This document shows, one piece after another, positions 61,801-64,000 of a DNA stretch of 64,000 bases. Position numbers and translations under genes: made by a program. The number at the start of each line of letters is the position of its first letter. Position 1 is the stretch's first letter. The notes beneath the pieces were generated by a model. It did no database searches. It was not told the origin of the DNA and worked only from the letters and a program-made list of their open reading frames with translations. Location of the stretch: contig NW_005434644.1 in the NCBI RefSeq assembly GCF_000315625.1, forward strand, positions 575,377-639,376, given 5' to 3'. Source of the DNA: Guillardia theta CCMP2712. Lineage: Eukaryota; Protista; Cryptophyta.

Positions 61801-64000
61801 AGGGGATCCTAGACAGCCTGGAGGGTTTGATCAGTATTTTCTCCCTCCAGCTCCTCTTCATCTTCCTCGGTGCCGTCCTGGGCCTCAGCCTCCTCGGCGA
61901 CAGCCTCCTAGTCCGCCCGACCGACCAGCAGACCTTCCAGTCCCTCCTCACCTACGGAGCTCGACTCAAGCTCTCGATCCCCCCATGGTCCAGTCCCCTC
62001 CCGGAGGTCGACGACTTCCCTGCCATCCTTGTCAACCTCAGCTCGAGCAGCACTGGCATGACCTACCTCGCCAGCCCCAGGCTGGGCTTCTCCTACCTCT
62101 CTGCTCCGAGCCACTTCAACACGACGACCGTGCGGAGCGGAGTCTCTCCTCGCTCCCCCATCTTCCCCTCCTTCCTGGGTGCCGTCCCTCGCACAAACTT
62201 CGACACTTTCTTCTCTGGTTTGTCCAGCCTTGCTCTTCTTCCTCCTGCTCCTCCTCTTGCCTCCTCGTACGACGTCCTCCCCTTCGACCCTCGCTCGTCT
62301 CTCGTTCCCTGACTCATCCTCTGTCGCTGCAGCATGTCAAACTGCCGTCCAAGTCATCTCGGGAGATGCTTGGTCAGCCGTCTTCATCCTCGCAGCAAGC
62401 AATGTTGGGCCTGCGATCGCAATCTTCTTCCTCTGGCTGATCTTTGTCGGCAACTGGATACTGTGGAACTTTTTTCTTGCTACCATGGTCGTCTCGTTCC
62501 GCAAGGAGACGCTGAGGACGGAGGCTCAGGAGTCGAGGAGGAGAGTCCTGAACGCGACGGGAGGGGTGGTGCTGTCTGAGAAAAAGCAGCTGAATGAGTG
62601 GGAGATCCTGACAGACCAGGAGAAGTTCCGCAAGAGAATAGAGAGGGTAAGTGTCGGTGAGAAAGGATGTAGGAGAGGAGGGGGAGGAGGGGGAGGAGGA
62701 GGAGGAGGAGGAGGAGGAGGAGGAGGAGGAGGAGGAGGAGGGGAGGAGGAGGAGGAGGAGGAGGAGGAGGAGGAGGAGGAGGAGGAGGAGGAGGAGGGAG
62801 GAGGAGGAGGAGGAGGAGGNNNNNNNNNNNNNNNNNNNNNNNNNNNNNNNNNNNNNNNNNNNNNNNNNNNNNNNNNNNNNNNNNNNNNNNNNNNNNNNNN
62901 NNNNNNNNNNNNNNNNNNNCCCATGAAGGGAGATGGTACACATACGGTGGTAGATAGAAGTTGTCATCCACACCTGAGTATGGGGAATGAGAGGTGTATG
63001 TGTAGGTGGTGGTGGAGGAGGTGGAGGAGGAGGAGGAGGAGGAGGAGCTGTAGTTCGTGGCAACTCCGCATGTACTGAACGCTACATGTCAGATGGCTGT
63101 AGACGGAAGGTCAATAGAGGAAGTGACCGACGTCATGCGTTACTTGTCCAACAAGGAGCTGTCGGAGAGAAAGAGGATGGGCGGCCTGCTGGCTCAGAAT
63201 GTATGCTCCTCTTCCTCCTTCTCTGACCGCCCCTCGTTCCTACCTCTCTCCTTCCCCATGTTTCCCTCTGACTCTGTCCCTCTCTGCTGCAGCTGCTGAA
63301 GCGACAGGAGATGTTCGAGGAGGAGCTGGCGATCGTCAAGCTGGAGGAGAAGCGAGCGCTGGTGGCGAAGCAGCCGGACATAGCGCAGAGGTGCCGGTTG
63401 ATGCAGAGTCACATCAACAAGATCATCCGGCAGACAGACGAGTCGATCCTCGTCCTCACTGCCCCGGACTCCCTGGGCTTCTTTGACTCCCTCCACCCCC
63501 TCCGCCTCTCCGTCCTCAAGCTGATTCAGTCCGCCGCCTTCACGCGCTTCATCAACCTCTGCCTCCTCTACAGCTGCGTCTGCCTCTCGCTCGAGAGGAG
63601 GTACATCTCCCTCCTCGAGAAGAACCTCGTCCGCCTCTCCAACCTCTGCCTCAACTCCATCTTCCTGGTAACCTCTCCCTCTCCTCTCCCTCCCCGCTGA
63701 CGCCCTCCTCCTGCTCCCCTCCAGCTGGAGTGCATCCTCAAGGTCACGGCCCTGTCCTTCAAGTCCTACTGGAAGGACCCGCTCAGCAAGGTCGACTTCC
63801 TCCTCGTCCTCCTGGGGATCGCCGACACCTTTCTCATCCTCAACGACCCCAACGGCCTCATTCTCAAGACCGTGACGTCGAGGAGCGACACGAAGCTGCT
63901 CAGCGTCGTTCGCATCTTCCGCATCGTCAGGACTATCAGGCCTCTCAGGATCGTCCTCTACAAGATCGGTAAGCGATCCCTCCCTCCCTCCCTCCCTCCC
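58816..64000 (+). CDS. Multi-domain voltage-gated cation (Ca/Na-type) channel alpha subunit; runs off the window end
   Basis: Domain I: WNFLDIAVV, S4 LRILRPLR, pore NFDD...FQIFTLDSW. Domain II: S4 VLRTARLVRLAKL, pore RTNFDTF...VISGDAW. Domain III S4: VRIFRIVRTIRPLR. Confidence 0.9.
62674..63047. repeat. (GGA)n microsatellite in a channel-gene intron, interrupted by a 100-N gap (62820-62919)
   Basis: Directly visible in the sequence. Confidence 0.95.

Noticed and set aside
62374-63226. Poly-G/E/P/S ORFs
   Set aside because: These are translations of an intronic GGA microsatellite and an N gap.
1-64000. CRISPR arrays, rRNA, tRNA, autonomous transposons
   Set aside because: No repeat-spacer array, RNA-gene signature, or RT/integrase/transposase motif was seen by eye. 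tRNAscan and Infernal were not run.

Overview
Gene-dense eukaryotic nuclear DNA with many short introns (about 40-60 bp, GT-AG plus several GC-AG) and one 100-N assembly gap at 62820-62919. Intron size, plastid targeting signals and gene content suggest a cryptophyte alga such as Guillardia; this is an inference. Gene ends were assembled by eye across introns and are approximate unless stated. Recognisable genes: MSI/RBBP4-type WD40 protein, SAM methyltransferase, TPR protein, 3-hydroxyisobutyrate dehydrogenase, Ser/Thr kinase, FAAH-like amidase, choline/ethanolamine kinase, HEAT protein, DnaJ protein, HisA-like/HisI/HisE, MORN+SAM protein, HDC1/Rxt3, HisD, a thylakoid-lumen protein and a multi-domain voltage-gated channel. 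Main findings: (1) a 426-bp, about 99% identical inverted duplication that puts an antisense copy of a gene's 5' end just after its own stop codon; (2) a 56-aa Ala/Tyr heptad peptide with extreme codon bias, a candidate ejectisome ribbon protein; (3) an intron-rich GT-D-fold glycosyltransferase-like gene; (4) a His4-type gene split into two linked halves; (5) a signal peptide followed by the ubiquitin C-terminal motif LRLRGG; (6) an MCU-like mitochondrial protein; (7) two distinct classes of promoter-region DNA, mirror-oriented GGGGT/ACCCC arrays and GC-rich palindrome islands.
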